A DNA stretch of 64,000 bases, taken from Escherichia phage phiWec186. Below, piece after piece: positions 46,730-56,490 of this stretch. Location of the stretch: sequence record LC739535.1; one strand, 5' to 3'. A program made the position numbers and the translations under genes. The notes below the pieces were generated by a model. It ran no database searches. It had not been told where the DNA came from and saw nothing but the letters and a program-made list of their open reading frames with translations. The first letter of the stretch is position 1; every line of letters begins with the position of its first letter.

Positions 46730-48217
46730 TTAGACTCCATACTCGTAGGAAATGTTATCAAGGTCGAAAGACGGGACAATATTGTAGGCAGGAACAATGT
46801 TCCCTTCTGTATATTTACTGTCGTCTTCATTATTAAGTTTAACATAAACACGGAGAGAAGTCAAGCGCCCAAAAGCAAGTGCTGCATAAATAACGCCTTT
46901 AATCTGGTCGTTAGTTACAGAAGAACCCAATTCGAAGTAGGCTTGCAGGTTATCCAGTGCTTTAACAATGTTTTCTTTCTCTGTTCCACTTAACGTTGTA
47001 CCATTGATTGTCTGGTATACAAGTTTCAAGGAGTACGTTGCAGTAGCACCAGGAGAGAAGCGGATAATCTCTTGTCCACCGTCTTCCGTCATGACAGTAA
47101 TGTTAGTTGTGCCATACGTCAAGGTATTGATTGGTTTAGTGTCGTAAATCACTTTAGCGACTTCTTCGGCACTCCCACCGTACACGATTGTCTGGAAACT
47201 CATTGCAGGTGCATGTTCCTGATCGTGGATTGTCGGGTTGTCGTAAATCTTAACCTTAGTTACGCCATCAGTTTGCAACAAGGCTTTAACGATAGCTGCG
47301 CGTGTACCTGCGTTTGCTTCATCAAGGTTATCGTTGAAACGTGAGCGGAACTCTGCGTCTGTCTCTACATCTCGTCCTGAAGAGAAAGCATAGAAGTTAC
47401 CAGAATCAAGGTAGCCTGTGAAGGTTGAAGAGATTCCCGAAATGGATTCCACACCTACCGGATTGTACCCTGCTTCCGCCCCTACCACCGGAATTTCACT
47501 CCACTTCATCCCAACAGGGACAGAAGCGTAGAATTTTATTGGTGTTACCAAACCAACAGGTTCTGCATCTCCCGCTGCTGCGAAGCCAACATAAACGTTA
47601 CTTGCGTCTGTGTGGATTAAACCCTGATCCGTAGTGGAGAGGTTGTCTCGAATAAAGTTTGCAAGATCTGTAATGAATGTCGAAGACGCTGGAGAGAGTA
47701 CACGACTGTTCAGACCACCATCATTTGCACTTTGTGCGTAGAAAGTTATGTTAGCCACACCTGTAGCTGTTGCATTCGCACGCGAGATTTGATATGCTGC
47801 GATCTTAGCATTCAACATGGTAGGTGCGCTGACATAATAGTTCATGTCGTTGTCTGCATTAAAATACGTATCTGTACCAAGTTCAAAAGTCCAAGGGGCT
47901 TTGTTGTTGCTTTTCACATAAGCAAAACCTGAACCAGGTGCAGCGGCTGAACGGTAGAAACCACGTTTGGAGAAGATCTCATCAAGGTAGATACCTTCGG
48001 CACCATCCAGTGTCTGGGTATTATAAACCCCTTGCATTCCTTCCCATAAGGTGTAGTCGGTATAAGCAATAATACGGAACAACTGCCCGAAGACAGTATC
48101 CTCCGAAGTCGCTGCATCAGCACCAAAGGTGTTCTTAAGTGCAGTCATGTAGTTGTTAAGTACATCGTCGAATGTCGGGATTACAAATCCCGCATCGGTT
48201 AAACCATATTCATCCAT
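46730..48217 (-). CDS. baseplate J-like protein
   Basis: 495 aa; C-terminal ETDAEFRSRF...GTRAAIVKALLQTDGVTKVKI resembles the baseplate J family; gene order. Confidence 0.5.
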   Translation of the reverse strand: MDEYGLTDAGFVIPTFDDVLNNYMTALKNTFGADAATSEDTVFGQLFRIIAYTDYTLWEGMQGVYNTQTLDGAEGIYLDEIFSKRGFYRSAAAPGSGFAYVKSNNKAPWTFELGTDTYFNADNDMNYYVSAPTMLNAKIAAYQISRANATATGVANITFYAQSANDGGLNSRVLSPASSTFITDLANFIRDNLSTTDQGLIHTDASNVYVGFAAAGDAEPVGLVTPIKFYASVPVGMKWSEIPVVGAEAGYNPVGVESISGISSTFTGYLDSGNFYAFSSGRDVETDAEFRSRFNDNLDEANAGTRAAIVKALLQTDGVTKVKIYDNPTIHDQEHAPAMSFQTIVYGGSAEEVAKVIYDTKPINTLTYGTTNITVMTEDGGQEIIRFSPGATATYSLKLVYQTINGTTLSGTEKENIVKALDNLQAYFELGSSVTNDQIKGVIYAALAFGRLTSLRVYVKLNNEDDSKYTEGNIVPAYNIVPSFDLDNISYEYGV

Positions 48218-48474
48218 TACTCATCCTCTTTGTTGTGTTCAGGGGTGGAAGACCTACCCCAACGCAGGTCTATTAGATTTTTCATTAGTCGTGAGGGAGT
48301 GACCATAAAAACAAAAGCCCAGCCCATCCATTCAGGAATTTCTTTTTCTATTCCTAAAAAGATGAACATGCCTGTCATTGTCATCATACCTACGGCGTTC
48401 CATACTTTAGTGGAACTTACCCCGTTCCCAGGGTAAGTGCAGAACATGCCACGTAAAAATTTTTTAATGCTCAT
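48217..48474 (-). CDS. hypothetical small hydrophobic protein
   Basis: 85 aa with a hydrophobic core. Confidence 0.4.
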   Translation of the reverse strand: MSIKKFLRGMFCTYPGNGVSSTKVWNAVGMMTMTGMFIFLGIEKEIPEWMGWAFVFMVTPSRLMKNLIDLRWGRSSTPEHNKEDE

Positions 48475-48475
48475 A

Positions 48476-51307
48476 TTATGGCCTCAAATCAATACCGATG
48501 TTTGGTAAGCTGGATTGTGCATTGCTTCGACGATACAAAGCGTACAGACCAAAGCCACGGAGGATTTCTCCAGAGTGGAAACCAAACGCCGGAGCGTTAT
48601 CATTTGCAGAATCAGGGTTAGAACTCCAAGAACCGTTCATTACATGGTTAGGACCAGCAACAACATAATTCTCTTGCAGGAGGTCAAAGCAACGATCCGC
48701 TACGATGGAAATATTAGGGATCTGGTTTTCCAGATTAGCCAACCCGATATAACAACAACCTGCCAAGAACAACGCAGACATGTGTGATGTAAAGTCCCAC
48801 GTAGGAGCCGAGACTGTGCCATCAGGCATGAAGATTGTAGGGGTACGCCCTTCGTTGTTGTCTTGGAACCACTTCAGATAGTTCACCCAGTTCTTAGTTA
48901 CTGTCATGAGTTTGGCTGGAATAGGTTCACCACGAGCTTGCAGTTCATGCAAACAACGAGCACCACAATAGAATGCACGAGCTTCATATCCGTCCCAAGC
49001 TTTTTCATTCCAGTGTTTCATTGTGAACTGGTTCTTTTCCCCGTACTTCAATGCATCCCAACGATCCCATACAAAGGCTTGAGCCATTGGTCCAGGCATA
49101 ACCGGATCAAATGTTTCATAGAACCACATTTGAGAGTCATAAAGGAAGTTGATACTTTCTGTTAAGCGTGTATACTCAATATTCTCACCAGCAAAGCAAT
49201 ACAATACTGGGTACTGATATCCAGGGTAGGGCAGTCCACGCCAACCATCAAAGAGCGCCGTATTAGGATCGCTAATGTTGGAGAATGGAATAATACCTGG
49301 TGTGTAATGGAGGCTATTCAGTTTGTAGTCAACAATTACGCAGTCGCCAAGTTTCGCGCTGTATGGATTTTGTGCTTGCAAAGAGATGCGGAAATACATT
49401 GTGTAATCATCACCATTTGCAGAAGAATACCGAGTAGGCACTTCATTCACACAATACCAATCAAACTGTGCGTTAACACCATTAACAGGATCAGTGTCCA
49501 GCCCAATGTTGATTTGGTCGAGAGCACTAATGTCGATAGTTGCAGGTTTAGGATCTGTTTCTGGGTGATTCGGTTGCCAAGAGCTTAACTGGAAACTTGC
49601 CGCAGTTATTGTCTTAGTTACCCAAGTCCCACCAGTTTTCTCCAACATAGCCCACCATCTCCATCCGTCTTTATCCGTCAATGTGATATTGAAATCATCA
49701 TTGTAAGTACGGTAAGATAAAGATTGGAGTGGTGCTACTTCTTCATCCAGTAGCCAGAAGCCAATAGAGATTCCACCGTCAGTATCCATAACCGCAGTGC
49801 AAATCTGATCGCTAATGTTGGCAGGTAAAATATTCGTCGTATACTGGAAGTTTACCACAGTATTGTCACCCCAGTCAATAACATTTCGCGGATCAGCAAC
49901 AATATACTGTCCACCGCCTGGAGGTGTCGAACGAATAAAACTGGATAATGGAATATCCATTGATTGGATAGAGGTTGTCGCTGTCGGAATACCGCAACGA
50001 TAATCTACCAAATCGTCATTCGTTTTTGTCTTACTCAAAGACAATTCAGGACGGAAGATAACAGGGACACCCGCATCATCCACACCTGCAAACTCTACAC
50101 GCAATTTGGAATTATTATCCACACGGAACCAAATAGCTTGTTGCTCCATTGTCGTCTGTGCAGCCACCTTCTGACGAATGGTAATGTACCCTTGAGCATC
50201 ACGACCAAAATCAGCCGTAGATCCTGATGGATAGTAATAATCATAACTAATACCATCTGTGAACGGAATACTTGCCAATGTGGATTTACGGAAGAACTTG
50301 TCGAAACGGTCGATATCAGAGTAATCAATACAAACCATCAAAGAAGACTTCCACGCCAGACGATACTTTTCTTCTCCGGTGATCTTGTACATCATGTAAC
50401 AAGCATCGCACCACCAAGTTTCAGCATCGGAAGCATTATCTGCAAACGAAATATCAATCGGAACGTTTACAGGGCGGTTATGCCACATTTCGTTACGTCC
50501 GATCAGATAACCACCTTTGTCTACAGGGTTGCATGTTGCGTAGTTGAACTTATAGTTTCCAGTGACTGTCTTATTTTTCAGTTGAACCGTACCATACTCG
50601 GAAAGAGAGTGTCCAGTAGAAAGAATGTTTCCGTCCCAGTCTACTTTACGTCCCAGACGATCAATAATCCAATCCACATCCCACTGACTGCCCTTAACAT
50701 CCCAATCTGTTGATCCGTCTGCTTTGGTGCCATACACTGTAGCGTTTACAGAGTTCCATCCCAGATTACCGTTGAAAGCAAACCAAGCTTTATCCAGGTA
50801 TTCTCCCCAATGCGGAGCGCCTTTAGGAATCACTGTACGTCCGTTGGTCCAAGTCATCACGCTTCCTTTAAAGCCGCCGTGAGTTGGATACCCATCGTCT
50901 GTCAGAGGGTAGTGAGCCAAACGAGGCTCCTTTCCGTTGATGATCCAGTTAGGACGATATTTTGCCGGAGGATTAGGGATTGGCTGACCACCAAAAAAGT
51001 GGTCAATGTAAGCTTGCCAGTAAGTTTTAGCCAGGTCAAGATACTTAACATCGCCAGTCCCCAAATAAGCATAAGCACACCCCAGAACTAAAACAGATTG
51101 ACCTTCTGTGGTCGCATCTCCGTTGGGCTGTCCTTCCTGTCCAGTCCAGTTGATGAAGTGTCGGTTGTTTGCAAGAACATGCTCTGGGTTGATAAGGTAG
51201 TGCTGTACCGTTGGATCGATTGTCAAACCTGTGCTTCTTTCCATGAACTGGACATGACCATCAATCAGTTGGAAAGCATTATCAATATTGTGCTTAATTT
51301 GAGACAT
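48476..51307 (-). CDS. large baseplate/tail-associated structural protein
   Basis: 943 aa, Trp/Tyr-rich, inside the baseplate gene block. Confidence 0.45.
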   Translation of the reverse strand: MSQIKHNIDNAFQLIDGHVQFMERSTGLTIDPTVQHYLINPEHVLANNRHFINWTGQEGQPNGDATTEGQSVLVLGCAYAYLGTGDVKYLDLAKTYWQAYIDHFFGGQPIPNPPAKYRPNWIINGKEPRLAHYPLTDDGYPTHGGFKGSVMTWTNGRTVIPKGAPHWGEYLDKAWFAFNGNLGWNSVNATVYGTKADGSTDWDVKGSQWDVDWIIDRLGRKVDWDGNILSTGHSLSEYGTVQLKNKTVTGNYKFNYATCNPVDKGGYLIGRNEMWHNRPVNVPIDISFADNASDAETWWCDACYMMYKITGEEKYRLAWKSSLMVCIDYSDIDRFDKFFRKSTLASIPFTDGISYDYYYPSGSTADFGRDAQGYITIRQKVAAQTTMEQQAIWFRVDNNSKLRVEFAGVDDAGVPVIFRPELSLSKTKTNDDLVDYRCGIPTATTSIQSMDIPLSSFIRSTPPGGGQYIVADPRNVIDWGDNTVVNFQYTTNILPANISDQICTAVMDTDGGISIGFWLLDEEVAPLQSLSYRTYNDDFNITLTDKDGWRWWAMLEKTGGTWVTKTITAASFQLSSWQPNHPETDPKPATIDISALDQINIGLDTDPVNGVNAQFDWYCVNEVPTRYSSANGDDYTMYFRISLQAQNPYSAKLGDCVIVDYKLNSLHYTPGIIPFSNISDPNTALFDGWRGLPYPGYQYPVLYCFAGENIEYTRLTESINFLYDSQMWFYETFDPVMPGPMAQAFVWDRWDALKYGEKNQFTMKHWNEKAWDGYEARAFYCGARCLHELQARGEPIPAKLMTVTKNWVNYLKWFQDNNEGRTPTIFMPDGTVSAPTWDFTSHMSALFLAGCCYIGLANLENQIPNISIVADRCFDLLQENYVVAGPNHVMNGSWSSNPDSANDNAPAFGFHSGEILRGFGLYALYRRSNAQSSLPNIGIDLRP

Positions 51308-51780
51308 TAGATCACTCCCGCCATCACCATACTTCCAATCCAGGAAGCACCGTTGTCTAAACTGATAAATTCAAAAGTATCGATCGCACCTTGACGATAA
51401 CTCAAAACAGGTGCACGCCCAAAACTCCACTTAACCGACGCTGGCCATACCACTTTATTCGCCCCACTACCCTGACGCAAAGCCAGACTAAAGTTTAAAA
51501 CTGTTGCTGTGGTAACGGGAATGTTTGTAAAGCTGATCGTACAAGTAGCAGAAGAGAGGGTAGCATAAAAATACTCTGCTGATCCCACATCTAAAGCTAA
51601 GGTACTGGTGGCGGTGCCACGGGTACTTAAACGGTTACGAGTAACCCCAGCACCATTCAAAAGAACACGAAGGGACGTTTTCTTAGTTATCCCTGCCTGA
51701 TCCGTTACAAAGAAATCTGTATCTGAAACAGACGTGGTTTGAACCAAATCTGTAACTTTGATAGTTGTTAAATCTGCCAT
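51307..51780 (-). CDS. hypothetical structural protein
   Basis: 157 aa; coupled within the baseplate block. Confidence 0.4.
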   Translation of the reverse strand: MADLTTIKVTDLVQTTSVSDTDFFVTDQAGITKKTSLRVLLNGAGVTRNRLSTRGTATSTLALDVGSAEYFYATLSSATCTISFTNIPVTTATVLNFSLALRQGSGANKVVWPASVKWSFGRAPVLSYRQGAIDTFEFISLDNGASWIGSMVMAGVI

Positions 51781-51781
51781 C

Positions 51782-52402
51782 TTATACTCCTGTCATAGCC
51801 GTAAGGCCGAAGTTATTACTTGTTGAAAGAACTGAACCAGAATCGCTAACCATCATGCGTTCAACAGCAGTTTCCGTCGCCCACTCATTCCACCAAGTAG
51901 AATATGTATTTTCAGGCAGACCAACAAAGTTAATGAAGCGGTACAGACGGTTAGAAGATTCAACAATGGTATATGCTTCACAAGTGATTGCTGCATTATC
52001 ATCGCCAGCTTCTGGGTAAATAAATTCTTCAGAAGGTTGGGTGTTGAAACTTGTTGTTACTGTGTCTGCGCCTACTGTGACAACAACATCCATATTATAA
52101 TAGCGTTGGTCACGATCGTAATAAGATTTGTAAGAATTGATTGTGTCAATATAAATGTTCTTGGCAATCTCTGCCAGGAAGATTCGGTCCACAATATCTT
52201 TCTTTCGTGCTACACCGATAATCTCTTGCAGGTAAGGAACACCGAACGTGGTGTTAAGGAACCATTCCCCACGATATGTTTTGAGGGTGATCCCTAATGT
52301 CTGCGCTGCAATCTCGGTACGAGTGGTTGTCAAAACAAGATCCCCATCATCCATGATGAGGTCGTTGTCTGATCCCAATTTTAAATCATATGGGATACCC
52401 AT
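51782..52402 (-). CDS. baseplate wedge protein (gpW/gp25-like, putative)
   Basis: Segment TRTEIAAQTLGITLKTYRGEWFLNTTFGVPYL resembles the GPW/gp25 family; follows the spike gene. Confidence 0.4.
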   Translation of the reverse strand: MGIPYDLKLGSDNDLIMDDGDLVLTTTRTEIAAQTLGITLKTYRGEWFLNTTFGVPYLQEIIGVARKKDIVDRIFLAEIAKNIYIDTINSYKSYYDRDQRYYNMDVVVTVGADTVTTSFNTQPSEEFIYPEAGDDNAAITCEAYTIVESSNRLYRFINFVGLPENTYSTWWNEWATETAVERMMVSDSGSVLSTSNNFGLTAMTGV

Positions 52403-52404
52403 TA

Positions 52405-53139
52405 TTATGCTCCTGAAGGTTTCAAGGATTCCGCACTTGAGCTTCCGCTCTGAATGTTGCGAACCGTATGGGTGTGGGTATGGAAGCCAATACCATTACC
52501 GTCTGTCATCAATCCGTTCTGATCAATCTGTAGTCCGTTAATGTTTGCAGACGTGCCTTTGAAAGTCATGACACCACCTGTCAAATCCAGGGTGCCGGAA
52601 CCGTCTGTCATTGTTATTCCAGAAGGAGTAATATCAATCTTCATTCCTTGACTATTCCATATCGATATAGTGCCAGAAGGATCGAAAGATGCATACGTGT
52701 TTTTGTTATTTGAAATAACTACCTTCTCGGAATCTACTGCTTCTGTTGAATCGGTGCCTGTGGAAATCTTAGGAATAAAGCAAATCGGATATAAACCGCA
52801 AGGCTGCATTAATGTAGTCGTTGTGGCTGCTTCTCCAGAAGTTTGCATTGCATTCGAAGGATCTCGTTCAGAGAAAATAACAACACCAATATCACCGGAT
52901 TTAATAGGGAAGGAGATACGCCCTGTACCTCCTCCATTAACCATAAAAGGAACATCGTGGAAGGTTGGATAGTCGATAGAATCTTCTTCTGATCGCGTAT
53001 TCTTCACAATGGATTCCAGTGTCAGTGTTTTTGCACCGTAATTAACACCTGTAACTCGCACTGGTAATGAGGTATGCACCTCTGCCAGTTGTTCTGTCAT
53101 CATGCCACGCATTGCTGTGACAAAGTTCAAAGCATCCAT
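52405..53139 (-). CDS. baseplate central spike protein (gpV/gp5-like)
   Basis: Gly-rich beta-helical C-terminus ending in GFHTHTHTV (His-x-His apex-type motif); position before the wedge gene. Confidence 0.5.
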   Translation of the reverse strand: MDALNFVTAMRGMMTEQLAEVHTSLPVRVTGVNYGAKTLTLESIVKNTRSEEDSIDYPTFHDVPFMVNGGGTGRISFPIKSGDIGVVIFSERDPSNAMQTSGEAATTTTLMQPCGLYPICFIPKISTGTDSTEAVDSEKVVISNNKNTYASFDPSGTISIWNSQGMKIDITPSGITMTDGSGTLDLTGGVMTFKGTSANINGLQIDQNGLMTDGNGIGFHTHTHTVRNIQSGSSSAESLKPSGA

Positions 53140-54152
53140 TATTTACCTTCCTTCGTCATGATCGCAGATACAGATACGCACTCAACCTCGGTAATCCACT
53201 CACTACCTTCCTTGTCTCCATGATGCGATACCGACACCACTTTAAATGGTCCATCGTAATCACGACTCTTCAGCCAGATAGTTTTTTCAGGTAAGATTGC
53301 ACCATTCATTTGACATTTGAACTTCACACCGTCTGTAGGTTTCTTGGCTTTCTTAGAAGCTTTAGTCACCTTCTTGGCAGGTTTGATATCGTTGTGGAAT
53401 GGTTCTGGGCTTCCTATCAACCCTGTTTCAGGACTGATGTAGGCGCTTCTTGCGTTGGACATTTGTGAACGAGGTGTAACATAAACAGACCCATCTTGAA
53501 TAGACACGTTATGATCAATACTCTTACAAATGTGTTCCAGGTAGTGTGAAGTATTTCCACACATCGCTGTCGCAGAAGAAAGGGTCTGATCATTGTCGAT
53601 ATGAATGTTACCTTCTGTTGTCCCAAGATCCTTAACAAGATCTGCAACAACACGTCTTACTTTCGTCCCTTTAGGGTAGCTACGACTGGTACGGGCTTCA
53701 GAGATGTTGATACCTCCGTCCAGACAATGGAGAACAGTTTTACGATCGACACTATCGAACGTATCACTTACCCACTGAATTGTACCCTTGAAAATCATAA
53801 CCAATTCTTGCCCTTCGTATCCAACTGCTAAAGCTACTGCCAGGTTGTTACGAATGCCTCGGTTGATGTAGTTTACTGTGTCATCCGACAGGTTGTAAAC
53901 AGTAATCTCCGCTTGGTTAGGATCTTTGTTATTATCTTTCTTGATATTGAAAGTAATTTGATGATGTTCAAGTAGATACAAATTAGAAGAAGATTTTGTA
54001 GTGCTTCCCAATTTAGTATCCAAATCTACTGTTGATTTAAAGGATGAGTTGCTTGTCCTTTTCTGCACGGTATTCGTTGCCGTACCAATCAACAGTTTAT
54101 ATGCCCTGTTCAGATTGGGAACAGGGGCTTTTGTATATTCTCTTTCTGCCAT
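53139..54152 (-). CDS. baseplate hub-like protein (putative)
   Basis: 337 aa between tape measure and spike; SD AAGGGGAG. Confidence 0.35.
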   Translation of the reverse strand: MAEREYTKAPVPNLNRAYKLLIGTATNTVQKRTSNSSFKSTVDLDTKLGSTTKSSSNLYLLEHHQITFNIKKDNNKDPNQAEITVYNLSDDTVNYINRGIRNNLAVALAVGYEGQELVMIFKGTIQWVSDTFDSVDRKTVLHCLDGGINISEARTSRSYPKGTKVRRVVADLVKDLGTTEGNIHIDNDQTLSSATAMCGNTSHYLEHICKSIDHNVSIQDGSVYVTPRSQMSNARSAYISPETGLIGSPEPFHNDIKPAKKVTKASKKAKKPTDGVKFKCQMNGAILPEKTIWLKSRDYDGPFKVVSVSHHGDKEGSEWITEVECVSVSAIMTKEGK

Positions 54153-54170
54153 ACAATCTCCCCTTAACTA

Positions 54171-54584
54171 TTAAGCTTGGTTCGATAGATTATCTATGTA
54201 AACCAAAACAAAACGTTTTTCAATTCCTGTAGTTGTGTAACCAGGACGACCGTTAATCTTTACCGTATCGATCATGTAAAGCTGTCCATCGGGAACACCT
54301 TCGAGATACTTGTACGGCTTCAGCAGGTCAAGTCCGTTGGTTATCTTAAACGTTACGCTCGGTTCGTCTCCTGATAAACCTATAAGGCACTGCCAAGCTT
54401 CATCACGAGTGTTCCAACGTAAACGTATATCGTAATCTACACCATCCAATGTTACAGTGTAGGTTTGGTCTGGATATTCTTCTGTCTTCAAATACCAGGC
54501 AAAGTAATCAGAACGGTCTTCCAAGAAGACAGCCTTATATCCAGAGTTTGTTGTGCTTCGTGTTGCTTTAGAATAAGTTGCCAC
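54171..54584 (-). CDS. tail protein (hypothetical)
   Basis: GTG start after GGAGGG. Confidence 0.4.
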   Translation of the reverse strand: MATYSKATRSTTNSGYKAVFLEDRSDYFAWYLKTEEYPDQTYTVTLDGVDYDIRLRWNTRDEAWQCLIGLSGDEPSVTFKITNGLDLLKPYKYLEGVPDGQLYMIDTVKINGRPGYTTTGIEKRFVLVYIDNLSNQA

Positions 54585-54586
54585 GA

Positions 54587-55294
54587 TTACCCTCCGTTAT
54601 TCGACGGTGTATTAGTATCTCTTGCAGCATTTTGGTTAATTGGGTTAGTGACTTTAGCACCACCAGTTGGAGCCTTGCTCTTAACCTCGCCACCAGTAGA
54701 TTTGTTCGGGGCAGTCTTCACAGCTATCGCGTTAGTTGTTGCAGTGCTGACCAAACGAATCTGCTCCAATTCCAGGTTGAACTGCATAGCGAATTCTGAA
54801 CGATATTCGTAAGTGTAACCTTTCAGGATCACGTTCTCGAAAGTACGGTGTTCTGTTAATAGAACTATCGGTTGACGAGCATCAAAAATCTGATCAAGGT
54901 ACTCGATTGCTTGGGAAATACGTGTTCCATTAACCCCTGCACTGTAAAGCTGATCACGCATCAAACGTACAGGCGTTTCTGTAATAACACCTGTCAATTT
55001 AAAAGTGTTGTTGTTTATTTTGACGTTATCACTCACTGTACTGCCGGATTCAACAGGGAAGCTTGTGATATCTGCTGAACGAGTTACTCCAACTTCCGGT
55101 GCGGAGTCGAAAGTAATCGCCATAAAGTTTTGTATGTATTGATCACTTGAGCTATTGTAAACACTGGCTAAGATACAAAAACCGTTATCACCTTTCACCG
55201 TGGAGGCGGAGTTATTCGTATTTTGTGTTGAGTTCACCTCTTGCTCGGATTTGTAGACGGCTCTTACCGACTGTTGTGGAGTCATTGCTGCCAT
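54587..55294 (-). CDS. tail protein (hypothetical)
   Basis: ATG at 55294 after GAGG; the track start at 55321 is TTG. Confidence 0.4.
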   Translation of the reverse strand: MAAMTPQQSVRAVYKSEQEVNSTQNTNNSASTVKGDNGFCILASVYNSSSDQYIQNFMAITFDSAPEVGVTRSADITSFPVESGSTVSDNVKINNNTFKLTGVITETPVRLMRDQLYSAGVNGTRISQAIEYLDQIFDARQPIVLLTEHRTFENVILKGYTYEYRSEFAMQFNLELEQIRLVSTATTNAIAVKTAPNKSTGGEVKSKAPTGGAKVTNPINQNAARDTNTPSNNGG

Positions 55295-55397
55295 GATAAC
55301 CTCATAGTAATGGTAATGCAAAGAGGAAGATGCAAGATCTTCCCATATTGATTATGATACCACAAATGTCGTCGTTATGTCAATGTAAAAATAATTC

Positions 55398-55426
55398 TTG
55401 ACTACCATGATCCGCCTTGCTACACT
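55398..55426 (+). promoter_or_regulatory. sigma70-like promoter TTGACT-N17-TACACT
   Basis: Immediately upstream of the + strand T5orf172 gene inside the minus-strand tail module. Confidence 0.45.
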
Positions 55427-55451
55427 GTATTTATTAACTAAGGAGGAAATT

Positions 55452-56465
55452 ATGGGCGTGATTAAAGGTTGGGACATTCAGAAGAAAGAATGTGAAGAAG
55501 TGGCAAGACCAGGTATTACTGTTCTTGGATTTGTTGAACCGTGGAATGGTGCACATACCAAACTGATGCTGAAATGTGAGAAGCATGGGGAATGGAATAC
55601 AACCTCCATCAACAACTTCAAAAAGAATGGTTCTGGTTGTAATGGTTGTAGAGCGGATATATGTGGTGCAAGAGCAGAAGGGAATAGCTTTGCAAGTAAA
55701 AATGCTATCTCAGATGAGCAACACATTAAGGATTTCTTGGCTACCGGATTGTTTGCAGAGGGGACAACCTTCGTCAATACAGGTGTGAAAACAAAAGGTA
55801 ATCACAACTGCGTGTGGAAAGTAAGTTGCCCTGTTTGTGCTGTGGATGTATATTCTCAAGCTGGTTTATGTGATGGTAGTTTTGAAGGTCTGACTACACA
55901 CCTTAAGGCTGGAAAGGTTCCTTGTCGTTGCTCTCCACGTCATTGCTATTCTAAAGACCAATGGTTGTTTAGATTTCAGTTAATGTGTGAAGAAAAAGGT
56001 TATACTTTCATCAAGGCCATCTACGAAGGGGAAGCATACTCTCATGGAGATGTTGAGTATGCTTGTCCAGAACACGGCTCACAACGCATGACTGTGAAGA
56101 ACCTCATGTCAGGTAAAGGTTGTCCAGAGTGTGCCAATAAAACACAACAGTTCTGTTATATCAATGAAGTGTATGATGAAGATAATAATCTCTGCGCTCT
56201 TAAATTTGGAATTGCCAATGATGCTGAACGTAGGATCAAAGGTCAGAACTCGAAGAATGCTTTCACAATGCAACAGAAAGCTGTCTACTTCTTTGATGAT
56301 ATCAAGTCGTGTCGAGCAGCAGAAAGGAAGTGTTTGAAGATGTTGAAGTGCGGTGTTGTGAATAAATTTCAATTGCAGGATGGACACACAGAAACAACCC
56401 ATCTGGACAATTACGAAATTATTGAGGCTATTTACGAAAGTTTTGGAGGGGTGTTACAGAAATGA
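55452..56465 (+). CDS. T5orf172-domain protein (homing-endonuclease-like)
   Basis: Cys-rich N-terminal repeats and C-terminal LKFGIANDAERRIKGQ...DGHTETT block, paralogous to 1..680; SD AAGGAGGAA. Confidence 0.6.
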   Translation: MGVIKGWDIQKKECEEVARPGITVLGFVEPWNGAHTKLMLKCEKHGEWNTTSINNFKKNGSGCNGCRADICGARAEGNSFASKNAISDEQHIKDFLATGLFAEGTTFVNTGVKTKGNHNCVWKVSCPVCAVDVYSQAGLCDGSFEGLTTHLKAGKVPCRCSPRHCYSKDQWLFRFQLMCEEKGYTFIKAIYEGEAYSHGDVEYACPEHGSQRMTVKNLMSGKGCPECANKTQQFCYINEVYDEDNNLCALKFGIANDAERRIKGQNSKNAFTMQQKAVYFFDDIKSCRAAERKCLKMLKCGVVNKFQLQDGHTETTHLDNYEIIEAIYESFGGVLQK

Positions 56466-56467
56466 AA

Positions 56468-56490
56468 AAAGGGGCCGAAGCCCCTTTCTT
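56468..56490. terminator. bidirectional terminator
   Basis: aaaaaggggc-cgaa-gccccttt hairpin flanked by A- and T-runs between convergent genes. Confidence 0.6.
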
